IMG/VR virus record: IMGVR_UViG_3300043775_000860
Coordinates: 819 to 64,818 of that record
DNA: 64,000 nucleotides
Reading direction: 5' to 3' (one strand)
Source of the DNA: a virus
Lineage: Duplodnaviria; Caudoviricetes
In this document: one piece after another, positions 37,570 through 48,437 of the stretch
Position numbering within the stretch: the stretch's first letter is position 1
Layout: every line of letters begins with the position of its first letter
Notes under the pieces: model-generated
Database searches by the model: none
Told to the model about the DNA's origin: nothing
The model's input: only the letters and a program-made list of their open reading frames with translations
Translations under genes and position numbers: made by a program

Positions 37570-38490
37570 ATGGCATACATATCTCAATATCAATATTATG
37601 AAAATGGTGGCAACCAACCTAAGGATGCCAATTGGGGGTCTTACCAATACGTAAGCCTGTATGATGTAGTCAACAACTTCTTGTTGATGTACTCAGGAAA
37701 CCATTCTCTAGTAAACAATGAAGAGCGTTATAAGATTCTGTTTCATGCAAAGCGTGCCATACAGGAGTTGAACTATGATGCATTTAAGCAAATAAAAGTA
37801 TTAGAGTTGACTGTTGATGACGGTCTTAGGTATATTCTCCCATCTGACTATGTGAATTGGGTGAGAGTAAACTTGTATAAGGATGGTTATCTTAGACCAC
37901 TTACTGAAAACATTCAAGTACTGTCCTCTCTTGCTTACTTGCAGGACCAAACAGGAAAGATATTATTTGACCAAAACGGCAATGCTCTTTCTCCTGAGTT
38001 TTCCGAGATTGACTTGCAGCGTTTGGAAGGAATAAAAAGAAGTATCTATTTGAACCCCGGACCTTACAATGGTAGGTATGGTTGGAATGTTGACGGTACT
38101 TGGTACTTTGATTATAGCATTGGCGACCGTTATGGTCTTAATACTGAGACAGCAAACTTCAATCCTACATTTGCTATTGATAAAAGAACGGGTGTTATAA
38201 ACTTCAACTCTGACATGTACGGTCAGTCTGTAATTCTTGAGTACATATCTGATGGTATGGAGGGAGGTAATGATGCTAGCGTTAGTGTCAATAAATTATT
38301 TGAGAAGTACATTTATGCTTATATTCAATATGAAATCCTAAACTCAAAACTTGGGGTTCAAGAGTATATAGTAAATCGTGCTCGTAAAGAGAAAAGCGCT
38401 TTGTTGCGTAATGCGAAAATCAGAATTAGTAACATTCATCCGGGTAGACTTCTTATGAATCTGCGTGGTATGGACAAGTGGTTGAAATAA
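37570..38490 (+). CDS. tail ring/structural protein
   Basis: LPSDYVNWVRV...ILEYISDG; synteny. Confidence 0.6.
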   Translation: MAYISQYQYYENGGNQPKDANWGSYQYVSLYDVVNNFLLMYSGNHSLVNNEERYKILFHAKRAIQELNYDAFKQIKVLELTVDDGLRYILPSDYVNWVRVNLYKDGYLRPLTENIQVLSSLAYLQDQTGKILFDQNGNALSPEFSEIDLQRLEGIKRSIYLNPGPYNGRYGWNVDGTWYFDYSIGDRYGLNTETANFNPTFAIDKRTGVINFNSDMYGQSVILEYISDGMEGGNDASVSVNKLFEKYIYAYIQYEILNSKLGVQEYIVNRARKEKSALLRNAKIRISNIHPGRLLMNLRGMDKWLK

Positions 38491-38491
38491 T

Positions 38492-41400
38492 ATGGCAAAT
38501 ATTACAAGGAACTTCATAGCGGGTAGGATGAACAAGGTTGTAGATGAACGCCTTGTTCCAAACGGAGAGTACATAGATGCACTCAATATCCGTATGGGTT
38601 CTACCGAGCAGTCTGAGATTGGTGTTTTGGAGAATACCAAGGGCAATACAAAGCTGACAACGCTCAAGTATATTGACGGAACCCCACTTAGTTCTTCTGC
38701 CAAATGCATAGGAGCAATTGACGATAGTGCAAATGAAACCTTGTATTGGTTTATTCATGACTCAGCATTCCCTGTAGGAGATACAGGAAAGCTAGACATG
38801 ATTGTATCATTTAATGTATACACCGGAATTTTAACTTATCACATTGTTAGTATTGATGATGGAGGTGGTCTCAATACCACTTTGAATTTTAATCCTCAGT
38901 ATTTAATTACGGGTATAGATATTATTGACAATCTGATATTCTTTACAGACAACTACAACCCTCCTAGATTCTTTAATAGAAAAAAGAACTACCCTGACCC
39001 TGTATTGAACATAGACCAATTTAGTTCCGAGTCATTACTTGTAATAAAAAGACCACCGGTAACTTCTCCTAGCGTTCAGCCAATTACTACAGGTCAGCAG
39101 GACAACTTTATGGAAAGCAGGTTTATCTGTTTTGCATATCGGTATAGGTATCAAGACGGAGAGTATTCTGCAATATCTCAATTCTCTGCTCCTGCATTCC
39201 AACCAAGACCTTTCCAATTTAGCGTTAACAGCTTTCTCAATGAAGGAATGGTTAACCTAAACAATACTGCTGTTGTAACATACAACTCAGGAGGTCCACT
39301 TGTTGTTGGTATTGATTTGCTTTTTAAGGAGGCGCAAAGCAATGTAATCAAGGTAATAGAGAAGCTTGATAAGGCTATCCTTGGTTTGTCAGACAATACA
39401 AACTACACATATACTTTTACCAACAGTAAGATATTTACTGTTCTCCCATCATCAGAACTGCTTAGGCTATACGACAACGTACCATTGCTTGCAAAAGCTC
39501 AGACAATAATGGGCAACCGTCTTATGTACGGAAACTATGTTGAAGGTTATAACATGTTGGATGAGAACGGACAACCTGTTAAGTTCGAATATCAAACAAA
39601 TTTAATATCTGAGTCGGTTGATTCTACAGAAGTTCCTAATAGTACAGGTACAGGTAACTATACTTTTGGGGGAGCTCAGACAATTAACAATTCAGTTGTT
39701 TACGTAAATCTTGATGGACTTGAGCTAATAGCAGGTTCATCAATAACCCTTGAACTGAGATTGTCTCATGCTGAATTCGCAGGAGATACTCCTTTCCCCA
39801 CAGAGCAATCTCAAAATATTAACCTTACTTTCTCTTTCACATTAAGCGTTTCTTATTCTTCTGTATATGCATTGGCTACAAGCATAGAGTTTCAGGAGGC
39901 AGTTGGAACTGCTGCCAATATACAGACCGTAGCAAACTCTTGCAATGGTACTACATTCACAGACCTATTTAACTGTACGCTTCCAAACAACTTGGATGCG
40001 CTTACTAAGTTCCAAAGTGGTATAAGCGCTGCAAGTCAGCCTATTGGTATTATCACATCACCTGCTAGCCAATCAATCGGGTTTCAGTTTCCTACAATGA
40101 GGTATGTGAACAATACCACTACTCCTACATTTAGCGTGTATGAGTACTATGAAGTAGCGTTTGTTGAGTCGTTTTATCAGAAAATAAACTCTCCAAGGAG
40201 TCTTCATAGTAACAGGGGGTATGAGATTGGTATTGTGTATATGGATGAGTTCAATCGTTCATCTACTGCATTGGTTAGTCCAAACAATACTGTTCATGTT
40301 CCATGCTCAGCTTCTGACACCAAGAACTCCATTCAGGTAACAATACCAACAACTCAAGTTCCTCCCTATTGGGCGACTAGGTATAAGTTTGTTATCAAGC
40401 CTGACGAGGAGAATTATGAGACCATATACAGTAGCATATTCTTCCTAGACCCATTGTCAAATGCTGCATATTTCTTGTTAGAAGGAGAGAACGCTAGAAA
40501 GATAGAGCAAGGTGATAGGCTTATCGTAAAGGCAGATACTAACGGACCAACAAACACTTGCGTCTATGCAACTGTTCTTGAGAAAGAAGCTAAGCAAGAA
40601 GGGTTTATTGAGATACCAAGCGAACTTGACCCAAGCGTAAACATACCTATCCCATCGGGGGTTTATATGAAAATAAATCCTAATAACTTCGCAGTTGTTC
40701 AGGACGAACTTTCGTTAATAGCACCGGGAACTGTACAGGTAGACCAAAATGATGCAGGAGAATATCCTATTCTCAACTACCCAATGAACAGATATGACAG
40801 CGTATCATCTGCTTATGTAGACTACACTGTACCTGCGGGAAGTAGAATAAAGATAGACTTTAAGTTCCAAAGACTTGGTGTTGGTAGTGGTAATGGTGCT
40901 TGCGAAAAAAGGATATACACATTAGAAAAAAATCTAATATCATCTGCCAACTACAATAACATGAAAGATTGGTGGGATGGTGATAATGTTGCTCAAGTAC
41001 TTGATGATGGTATATCTCAAGTAGGAGGAAACGAGTGTGATATAGAGAATACTTACATAGATACACTAGCTTCTAGTCCAAACGATATACCAACTGACCT
41101 GTGCACAAACTACTACAGGTTCTATCGCGACCCTGTAACCAACCAATTGCTGCTCATAATGAGCGGTACTGTTCGTTGTGGTGGGGTTCTGTCAAGAGAA
41201 AAGCGTAGGTCTACAATCATTGCAAACATTGAGGTGTTTAGGACTGAGAAGACTTTGATATTTGAGACTGAACCAAGCGATGCATTGCCTGATGTATTCT
41301 TTGAGAATGAATTATCCCTTCCTATAGTGAATGGATTCCATCAAGGAAACGTTCAAAACCAAACAACATCTCAGGCTGCAGTCATTGATACAGGGTTCTT

Positions 41401-42955
41401 CAACTGTTTCTGTTTTGGAAACGGCGCAGAAAGCTACAAGATTCTTGATTCAATTGTAGGCAAGACCTTTAATCTTGGCAACAAGGTGACATCGGTATCT
41501 GCTCAAGACTATAAGCGTGCTCATAGATTTGCGGATATTACCTATAGTGGTGTCTACAACTTTGAGTCAAACGTAAATAAACTTAACGAGTTCAACCTTG
41601 GGTTGCTCAACTATAAGTATTTAGAGGTTTCATTTGGACCAATCTACAAGTTGGACGGAAGGGAGACTGATGTTCTTACGCTTCAAGAGGATAAGATTTC
41701 ATACGTCTTGGCCGGTAAGAACTTGCTTTCTGATGCTGCTGCAGGTGGTGCTATTACCTCAGTTCCCGAAGTATTGGGTACTCAGATTGCCCGTGTTGAG
41801 AAGTATGGTATCAGTTTCAATCCTGAGAGTTATGTTCAGTGGGGATATGACAGGTACTTTACAGATGTAAAACGTGGTGTTGTAATCCAATTGAGGGGTA
41901 ACTCATATAGCAGCGACCAATTACGTGTAGTATCAGAACAAGGTATGAGGACTTGGTTTAGGGATGACTTTATTGATTCTTTCAATACTCAGAAGCTTGG
42001 TGGTTTTGACCCATATATGAACGAATATGTTCTAAATTCAAACAATATTGAATTACCTCAGCCTCAGGAGTGTTTGGCTTGTGGAATTGGTCAGACCTTT
42101 ACCATCTCAGCAGGAGACACCGTTACATATTGCGTAGACCTTGGTGTTGTTGTTGGTGAAAGTAACATCGTATATGAGGTAGATGACCTATCCACTGCAG
42201 AGTTTACCGTTACTGCTGTGTACAATAATGTACCTGTAACATCGGGAGTAACTGACGAATCAGGTTCATTGCTTATTCAAAAGATTAGCAATTCTGTAAA
42301 TGAGGTATTCATTACAATTGCAGCAATAGACACTGTAACAATATCCATAAATGCAAATTGTCCATTTGTCGAGCAAATAACCATATTGAACTTTACGTTT
42401 ACAAGTAATCCTGATGAAGGTCAGTTTATACATAACGAGTACAGGTACACAAGTGATGACTATGTATCACCTCTTCAATCCAACTTTATAACCTTTGGTT
42501 CTTCAACTCAAAGTCCTGTAGTATCGGGATACTCTCAAGTGACCGGTTCTCCGGGTACGGGTGGCTTTCCTCCTGCAGGTTCTGTAGTTGAGATAATATC
42601 CAACAAGATTGGTTTTGATACATTCGTATTCAATCCTGCATCAGACGGGTTTAGGTATCTGAGAACTAATACTGTTTACGCCAATAACCCTGCAGGTGTT
42701 GCAGCACTTCTTGCTGCTTCTACTGAGGTTACTCCAATAACCGGAACGGCTCCGACATATTCAGGTTCTTTTATAATGCCGTCAAGCGGACAATACTTAT
42801 ATTTGATTTGGGATTATAGGAAGTCTTTGCCACTTGAATTGTGTTATTCTACAGAAAGCGTAACAAATTCATGCTGCTTCTGCACTCAACCTGCACCACC
42901 CGAAATATTATGTTATTCAAATACAAGCGTGAATGACGCTTGTTGTAACTGTTAA
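38492..42955 (+). CDS. tail stabilization/nozzle protein (N-terminal major part) with Cys-rich tail
   Basis: RMNKVVDERLVPNGEYIDALNIR, FFTDNYNPPR, NRLMYGNY, YGISFNPES, GGFDPYMNEYVL motifs of crAss-like stabilization proteins. Confidence 0.75.
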   Translation: MANITRNFIAGRMNKVVDERLVPNGEYIDALNIRMGSTEQSEIGVLENTKGNTKLTTLKYIDGTPLSSSAKCIGAIDDSANETLYWFIHDSAFPVGDTGKLDMIVSFNVYTGILTYHIVSIDDGGGLNTTLNFNPQYLITGIDIIDNLIFFTDNYNPPRFFNRKKNYPDPVLNIDQFSSESLLVIKRPPVTSPSVQPITTGQQDNFMESRFICFAYRYRYQDGEYSAISQFSAPAFQPRPFQFSVNSFLNEGMVNLNNTAVVTYNSGGPLVVGIDLLFKEAQSNVIKVIEKLDKAILGLSDNTNYTYTFTNSKIFTVLPSSELLRLYDNVPLLAKAQTIMGNRLMYGNYVEGYNMLDENGQPVKFEYQTNLISESVDSTEVPNSTGTGNYTFGGAQTINNSVVYVNLDGLELIAGSSITLELRLSHAEFAGDTPFPTEQSQNINLTFSFTLSVSYSSVYALATSIEFQEAVGTAANIQTVANSCNGTTFTDLFNCTLPNNLDALTKFQSGISAASQPIGIITSPASQSIGFQFPTMRYVNNTTTPTFSVYEYYEVAFVESFYQKINSPRSLHSNRGYEIGIVYMDEFNRSSTALVSPNNTVHVPCSASDTKNSIQVTIPTTQVPPYWATRYKFVIKPDEENYETIYSSIFFLDPLSNAAYFLLEGENARKIEQGDRLIVKADTNGPTNTCVYATVLEKEAKQEGFIEIPSELDPSVNIPIPSGVYMKINPNNFAVVQDELSLIAPGTVQVDQNDAGEYPILNYPMNRYDSVSSAYVDYTVPAGSRIKIDFKFQRLGVGSGNGACEKRIYTLEKNLISSANYNNMKDWWDGDNVAQVLDDGISQVGGNECDIENTYIDTLASSPNDIPTDLCTNYYRFYRDPVTNQLLLIMSGTVRCGGVLSREKRRSTIIANIEVFRTEKTLIFETEPSDALPDVFFENELSLPIVNGFHQGNVQNQTTSQAAVIDTGFFNCFCFGNGAESYKILDSIVGKTFNLGNKVTSVSAQDYKRAHRFADITYSGVYNFESNVNKLNEFNLGLLNYKYLEVSFGPIYKLDGRETDVLTLQEDKISYVLAGKNLLSDAAAGGAITSVPEVLGTQIARVEKYGISFNPESYVQWGYDRYFTDVKRGVVIQLRGNSYSSDQLRVVSEQGMRTWFRDDFIDSFNTQKLGGFDPYMNEYVLNSNNIELPQPQECLACGIGQTFTISAGDTVTYCVDLGVVVGESNIVYEVDDLSTAEFTVTAVYNNVPVTSGVTDESGSLLIQKISNSVNEVFITIAAIDTVTISINANCPFVEQITILNFTFTSNPDEGQFIHNEYRYTSDDYVSPLQSNFITFGSSTQSPVVSGYSQVTGSPGTGGFPPAGSVVEIISNKIGFDTFVFNPASDGFRYLRTNTVYANNPAGVAALLAASTEVTPITGTAPTYSGSFIMPSSGQYLYLIWDYRKSLPLELCYSTESVTNSCCFCTQPAPPEILCYSNTSVNDACCNC

Positions 42956-42966
42956 AATAAAATAAA

Positions 42967-43212
42967 ATGGCAACTCAAGGAACTTATTACTTAAATGCTG
43001 CATCACTTGCTTTAGCTACTGCAGTTTACTCAGACGCAGGACTTACGACATTGGCAGCAGATGGTTTCTATGCTGATGGAAGTATCGTGAGGGAACAAGT
43101 ATTGGGAGTGTTACAGGCACAATCATCTTGCCCAACCTGTGGAACAGAAGTAACTTTGTGCTACTCCAACATAGACATTGTTGATGTATGCTGTAACTGC
43201 TTAGTACCATAA
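42967..43212 (+). CDS. small Cys-rich virion protein
   Basis: Paralogue of the N-terminus of 43224; ends LCYS...CCNC. Confidence 0.7.
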   Translation: MATQGTYYLNAASLALATAVYSDAGLTTLAADGFYADGSIVREQVLGVLQAQSSCPTCGTEVTLCYSNIDIVDVCCNCLVP

Positions 43213-43223
43213 AATAAAATATA

Positions 43224-44381
43224 ATGGCAACTCAAGGAACTTATTATTTAGATGCACCGTCACTTGGCTCAGCCACTGTGATTTACTCAGACATTAACCT
43301 AACGACAGTTGCTCCCGATGGATTCTATTCAGACGGGGTAATTTCTCGTGAGCAGGTATCGGGGGCATTGCTTCCGCAGGTGTCTTGCCCTAGCTGTGGT
43401 GTACCATGCGGAGGGTCAATATCTGCTTCAGGCGGTCAAGGAATATACTACCTTAATACTGACTTAGGTACAGCATTAGGTGCTATAGTTGTAACATTTG
43501 ACCCATTCGGAGTTCCCGATGGAGTGAAGGCTGAATTTAATGGTATAGTATATAACGCATTGGTATCTCCCGCATTTGGATACTTACAAGGAACAGCAAA
43601 CTTAGCTACGTACATAGGTGATACAGCCGGAAACTGCGGTATACCATCAGGTTCACCATACACCTTGACCGAGTATCAGTACGATGGTTCTTCATTTATC
43701 TCATTGGGAACCACTACACCTGTTACAATAACTTCGGGTCAGCTTGAACTTACTGCAGGAGCACCCGGTGCATCAGTAATGGTGATACCAAAAACAGTGG
43801 CATCTCCGTCCATACTTGCTCTTGAGTTTATTGGACCATGCTCAGGAACAGCCTTTAACATTAGCGTTAGTTGTCCTGCTGCGTTGGGGTCTTTTGACTC
43901 ATCTACCATGAATTCAAGTTCAACCCTTGCATGCGGAGATACTATAGACCAAACCTACTATGTTGCTCATGTAAATGGGTCAGCCGGAGTACTTGGCCTG
44001 TATGACTTGGTATTTAGTGACGCTAATGGAGAGTTTAAACTAGCTGCAGGGTTTTACAAGACCACTGATGCAGGACTAAACAATTGGTATCAAGTTGATG
44101 CAAATGGAATTATAGTATCGTTTGGTTCTTGTACAGGACCATACTCCTATACTATAGGTTTTGGTGGTTCTCCTGAAGATGCATGTGCGTTTATTGCTTC
44201 ATCAACTGTAACAGGAGATGCTGCTACATTCTGCTCATGTGCTAACTTTACCGGTTCCATATTTGCTGCAGCAACTACAGGTACTTGGTACGTCTCATAT
44301 GGTGGAGATGTGATTCAAGTTAATGTAATTAATGGCAATCCGGTAGCTAGTGTTTCAGGAGCTTGCGTTAATTGTGTATAA
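43224..44381 (+). CDS. Cys-rich virion protein
   Basis: MATQGTYYL...DGFYSDG..REQV..CPSCG module plus beta-rich domains. Confidence 0.7.
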   Translation: MATQGTYYLDAPSLGSATVIYSDINLTTVAPDGFYSDGVISREQVSGALLPQVSCPSCGVPCGGSISASGGQGIYYLNTDLGTALGAIVVTFDPFGVPDGVKAEFNGIVYNALVSPAFGYLQGTANLATYIGDTAGNCGIPSGSPYTLTEYQYDGSSFISLGTTTPVTITSGQLELTAGAPGASVMVIPKTVASPSILALEFIGPCSGTAFNISVSCPAALGSFDSSTMNSSSTLACGDTIDQTYYVAHVNGSAGVLGLYDLVFSDANGEFKLAAGFYKTTDAGLNNWYQVDANGIIVSFGSCTGPYSYTIGFGGSPEDACAFIASSTVTGDAATFCSCANFTGSIFAAATTGTWYVSYGGDVIQVNVINGNPVASVSGACVNCV

Positions 44382-44394
44382 ACTAATATAAAAA

Positions 44395-45201
44395 ATGGCA
44401 AATTATACAATAACATATAGCGAATCTGCCCAAGGATGGCCTTCGTTTTACTCCTTTCTGCCCGATTGGATGATTGGAATGAATAACTATTTCTACTCTT
44501 TCAAGGGTGGAAATTTGTATAGGCACAACGTAAACGAGACAAGAAACAATTTCTATGGCGTTCAGTATAAGTCATTCCTTCAGAGTGTATTTAATGATAG
44601 TCCTCTTGAAAACAAGTTGTTTAAGACCATTAACCTAGAGGGTGACTCAACTTGGGATGCCAATATGCAGACGGACATCCAAGATAGTGGGTTCATCCAA
44701 GACAATTGGTTCGAGAAAAAGGAGCAATCTTGGTATGGTTTCATCAGAAACGAAGGGACAACACCTGCCCAACCATCTGAGTACGCTTTGAGGTCTGTCA
44801 ATGGTATAGGTAGAAGTGCTACAATAACAGGTACAGGGGCAGCTGTTCAGGTAAACTTTACCATTGGAACTAGTCCTGTTGTAATAGGTGGCATACTGAG
44901 CATTGGGGATATGCTGTATTACGCATTACCCCCTTCATACTCTTCGCCTCTTTTGTTTGGTAGGGTTACGAATATACAGGTATCGTATCCTGTTGGATTA
45001 AACCGGATAACAGTAGATACCACCATACCCGGAGCGACAATACCATCCACACAGACACCGTATATCATGTATATAAAGAACTCAGTTGCGGAATCTCATG
45101 GAGTTTTGGGTCACTACTGTGTATTTGAGCTTGAGAACGACAAAACAACAAAGGTTGAGTTGTTCGCTGTTGAGTCAGAAGTGATGAAAAGTTATCCTTG
45201 A
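44395..45201 (+). CDS. tail stabilization protein C-terminal-like subunit
   Basis: TITYSE...GWPSFYSF.PDWM...FKGGNLYRHN...KLFKTINLEG...ELFAV. Confidence 0.6.
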   Translation: MANYTITYSESAQGWPSFYSFLPDWMIGMNNYFYSFKGGNLYRHNVNETRNNFYGVQYKSFLQSVFNDSPLENKLFKTINLEGDSTWDANMQTDIQDSGFIQDNWFEKKEQSWYGFIRNEGTTPAQPSEYALRSVNGIGRSATITGTGAAVQVNFTIGTSPVVIGGILSIGDMLYYALPPSYSSPLLFGRVTNIQVSYPVGLNRITVDTTIPGATIPSTQTPYIMYIKNSVAESHGVLGHYCVFELENDKTTKVELFAVESEVMKSYP

Positions 45202-45221
45202 TTTTGAATATCTTTGTATAG

Positions 45222-45632
45222 ATGTCATTTAATATACGACCATTGAACGAAAACGACTACGACTCTATACTAGTAGGGTGGTGGGAAGATTGGAAATGGA
45301 CACCTCCGGGTAAGGACTTCCTTCCGGACAATGGGATGGGTGGTATAATGGTATTAGATGGGGATGTTCCGGTTTGTGCGGGGTTTATGTACACCACCAA
45401 TTCAAGGGTAGCTTGGATTGATTGGATAATATCGAATAGGCAATACAGAAAAAAACCTCAAAGAAAAGAGTCTTTACTATTGCTTATAGATACATTGACA
45501 AACATTAGTAAAAATACCGGACACAAGTACGGTTACGCATTAATAAAACACCCAAGCCTGATAGAAATCTATAAGGATATAGGTTACATAAAGGGGGATG
45601 GGTACACGGGAGAAATGATTAAAGCATTATAA
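45222..45632 (+). CDS. GNAT-fold protein
   Basis: FNIRPL...PVCAGFMY...AWIDWII...YKDIGY; position before ejection proteins as in podoviruses. Confidence 0.5.
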   Translation: MSFNIRPLNENDYDSILVGWWEDWKWTPPGKDFLPDNGMGGIMVLDGDVPVCAGFMYTTNSRVAWIDWIISNRQYRKKPQRKESLLLLIDTLTNISKNTGHKYGYALIKHPSLIEIYKDIGYIKGDGYTGEMIKAL

Positions 45633-45633
45633 T

Positions 45634-46533
45634 ATGGCAGTAGGAACAGCAACAGCGGCAACATTAGCAGCAGTGGGAACAGGAATAGGCATAGCAACAT
45701 CAGCAGGAACAACAGCTATGTCATTTGCCCAAGCCGGTAATCAAAGAAAACTTCAGCGCAAAGCAGAACGTGAAGCGGCTGAAGCTATGGATGCAGCTAG
45801 GAAAAAACTTGACGTAAACTTTTACGAGCAATTAGCTATCCAAAAAGAACCATACGAACTTGAGCGTGAAGCACTTCTTTCAGCAGGAGCACAGGCTATT
45901 GAGGCAGGAAAGGAAAGTGAGCGTGGTGCTGCAGCTACAGCAGGTCGTATTTACATGGGTCAGCAAGAAGGTCAAAGACAAATAGCAGGTGCTATGGGCC
46001 AAGAACTTTCGGGACTTGAAAAGGCTACTGCAGCAGAGGAGAGTAGGCTAGCCGGCCTTCAGTCCAACCTTGATTTGGCACAGGCAAAAGGTGCACAGCT
46101 TGCAGCAAGAGATGCTCAAGAGGCAGCTAATCTAGCTACGACACAAGGGATGGCGGGAGTAGTTAACGTTGGTCAGCAGGTTGCAAAAGCGTTACCTCTA
46201 TATTTTAAAACACCGGGAGCTAGACAACTTTCAAACTTAGAAAGTGATTATAATAAGGCAGTAGAAGCAGGAACTTTATCGGGGCAGTTTAGAGACCTTA
46301 AAGGGAATATACTACCTTTTCAGCAAGCATTAGGCAGAATGGGTGGATTTGGTATTGACATGTCAAAAGTTTCAGGGATGACTCCGAGTCAATTCACAGA
46401 TTACATGTCGGGCCAAAATGTTTCTATACTAAAGAACATGGGTAAAGCAGGTTTTGAAGGAACATATGTAAAGCCTTTTTCTATAGACCCTTTTAAAATT
46501 TCTTCTTTTGAAGAGCAAATGTTCCCACAATAA
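45634..46533 (+). CDS. internal virion/ejection protein
   Basis: Ala/Gly hydrophobic N-terminus then Ala/Gln-rich helices. Confidence 0.6.
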   Translation: MAVGTATAATLAAVGTGIGIATSAGTTAMSFAQAGNQRKLQRKAEREAAEAMDAARKKLDVNFYEQLAIQKEPYELEREALLSAGAQAIEAGKESERGAAATAGRIYMGQQEGQRQIAGAMGQELSGLEKATAAEESRLAGLQSNLDLAQAKGAQLAARDAQEAANLATTQGMAGVVNVGQQVAKALPLYFKTPGARQLSNLESDYNKAVEAGTLSGQFRDLKGNILPFQQALGRMGGFGIDMSKVSGMTPSQFTDYMSGQNVSILKNMGKAGFEGTYVKPFSIDPFKISSFEEQMFPQ

Positions 46534-46544
46534 ATAATTAAAAG

Positions 46545-48416
46545 ATGGCAGGTACATATTACGGTTACGCTGAACGGAACGCAAGCGATGAAATAGATTG
46601 GTCGCAGATTGGTAAGAATATTACCGACATGCTTAGTACTGAAACTAAGATTCGTGAAGAGAAGAAGGCGGCTATTGATAAAGCTTCAAGGGAGTATGGT
46701 GAGACGTTGGCAAATGCTCCTCAGGGAGAACACCAAGGTATAAATCAATGGGCTTTGACTTATGCAGATAGTGCTCAGCAAGCTAGACTAATGCAGGATA
46801 GACTGCTTAAGTCAGGACAGTTGAAGCCAAAAGACTATATGGTTATGCGTCAAAACATAACAGATGGAACATCTCAAGCATTTAATCTCATAAAAGATTA
46901 TCAGGATGAGTATTCTGAAAAGATGGATAGGTATAGAAAGGGTCAAGCACAGGCGTTAGAGCAATGGTTGTTGGCAGAGGCAGAAGGTTTTTCAAATTTT
47001 AATAACTCAGAACTATATATTAATCCAACCGACTTTACAGTTAATATTGCCAAGAAAGAAAAGCAGATTGTTGACGGCAAAGAGGTGTATGTAATGAGCA
47101 AGAACCCTAATGACTTTACTACGGTAAATGCCATGAGGAATAGAATCAAGGGTAAGTTTGACAGATTGGATGTGGCAGCTACTTTGCAGGCCGGGGTAAA
47201 CACATTAGGTAAGGAGAAAGATGCCATACTTAAACTAGGTACACTTACTCAAGGGGGTTCAATTACTGAGATACTTGACATAACTAAGCGTAAAGATTTT
47301 GGTGTAGAAGCTAAAGAGGCAGTCTCTCTTTATGAAAGAGCAGAGTCTACATACCTAGATTCAGTAATGGTTCAGCCTACCAATATCAGTTCTATTCTAA
47401 CAGACTATGTTGGCATGGACCCCAAAACAAAAGAATCATATACCTATACTTGGGATGCTAGCAAAGCCGGCAAGAATGTGATACTGCTAAAGAATGATAG
47501 CGCAGGAAGACCTGTTCCTGAATTTACTGCAGACCAAAAAGAAGTAGCAAAGAATGCACTTCGTGAAAAGTTTAGGATAATGCTTGACAGGGAAGTTGAG
47601 ATTAAACCTGTTGCTCAAGCACAACTTCAAGAGAGAAGAGCAATTACACCTACTGAGGCAGGAATACTAGAAGAAAAAGACAAGGCTAAAAACTTTGCTC
47701 AAAACTTGGTATATTCACTGACAGGAGATGCTGCTCAATCTGCAGCAGGAACTAAATACTTGACAGCAAAAACAGGACTGCCACTAACTAAAGGAAAGGA
47801 CTCCTATGTAATCACAAACAAAGATGGTAATACTCAAACATTTGAGTTTAAACCCGATGGGACGCTTGCAGAACCTAGGAAGTTTTTGAAATCATTTGTT
47901 GGAGCCGTGAACACAATGGGATTGAATGAAGATGATGTTCTTAAATTTGTAGACCAACTGTTGCCAAAAAATTCTAAAATAAATTTACAGACAGTGGCAA
48001 AAGGATTTGATGTTCAAGAAGCGTCACAAGACCCACTTACTTTGTATGGTAATTTTGTAGAAAGTTCTGCATCTGCTACTGACATAAAAGATATGGGCAA
48101 GTCGGATGCTGCAAAGGCATTGAATAAAAAGCTTTCCGGACTAGGTGTTACGGTAAAACCTTCTCAGAATCCATTCAATGATAATATATTTGTTGTAAAC
48201 AAAGACGGTGAAGAGTCATCTGCTTTTGACGTTAAGGCTGACCCCGAAGGTGCTGTTGAAGGTATAAAGGAGTGGATTAAATCAAACATAAGCGGAAAAA
48301 CTTCATCAGGTAAAAAGAATTTTGTTAATACGCTTATTAGTACAGGAGTTATTAAAGGGCAAGCGCCTACAGGAACTACAACTACTCCAACTACAAAGCC
48401 GGGGAACGAAAGGTAA
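46545..48416 (+). CDS. internal virion/ejection protein
   Basis: 623 aa helical protein; synteny. Confidence 0.55.
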   Translation: MAGTYYGYAERNASDEIDWSQIGKNITDMLSTETKIREEKKAAIDKASREYGETLANAPQGEHQGINQWALTYADSAQQARLMQDRLLKSGQLKPKDYMVMRQNITDGTSQAFNLIKDYQDEYSEKMDRYRKGQAQALEQWLLAEAEGFSNFNNSELYINPTDFTVNIAKKEKQIVDGKEVYVMSKNPNDFTTVNAMRNRIKGKFDRLDVAATLQAGVNTLGKEKDAILKLGTLTQGGSITEILDITKRKDFGVEAKEAVSLYERAESTYLDSVMVQPTNISSILTDYVGMDPKTKESYTYTWDASKAGKNVILLKNDSAGRPVPEFTADQKEVAKNALREKFRIMLDREVEIKPVAQAQLQERRAITPTEAGILEEKDKAKNFAQNLVYSLTGDAAQSAAGTKYLTAKTGLPLTKGKDSYVITNKDGNTQTFEFKPDGTLAEPRKFLKSFVGAVNTMGLNEDDVLKFVDQLLPKNSKINLQTVAKGFDVQEASQDPLTLYGNFVESSASATDIKDMGKSDAAKALNKKLSGLGVTVKPSQNPFNDNIFVVNKDGEESSAFDVKADPEGAVEGIKEWIKSNISGKTSSGKKNFVNTLISTGVIKGQAPTGTTTTPTTKPGNER

Positions 48417-48437
48417 AATTAAAATAAAAAATTAAGC

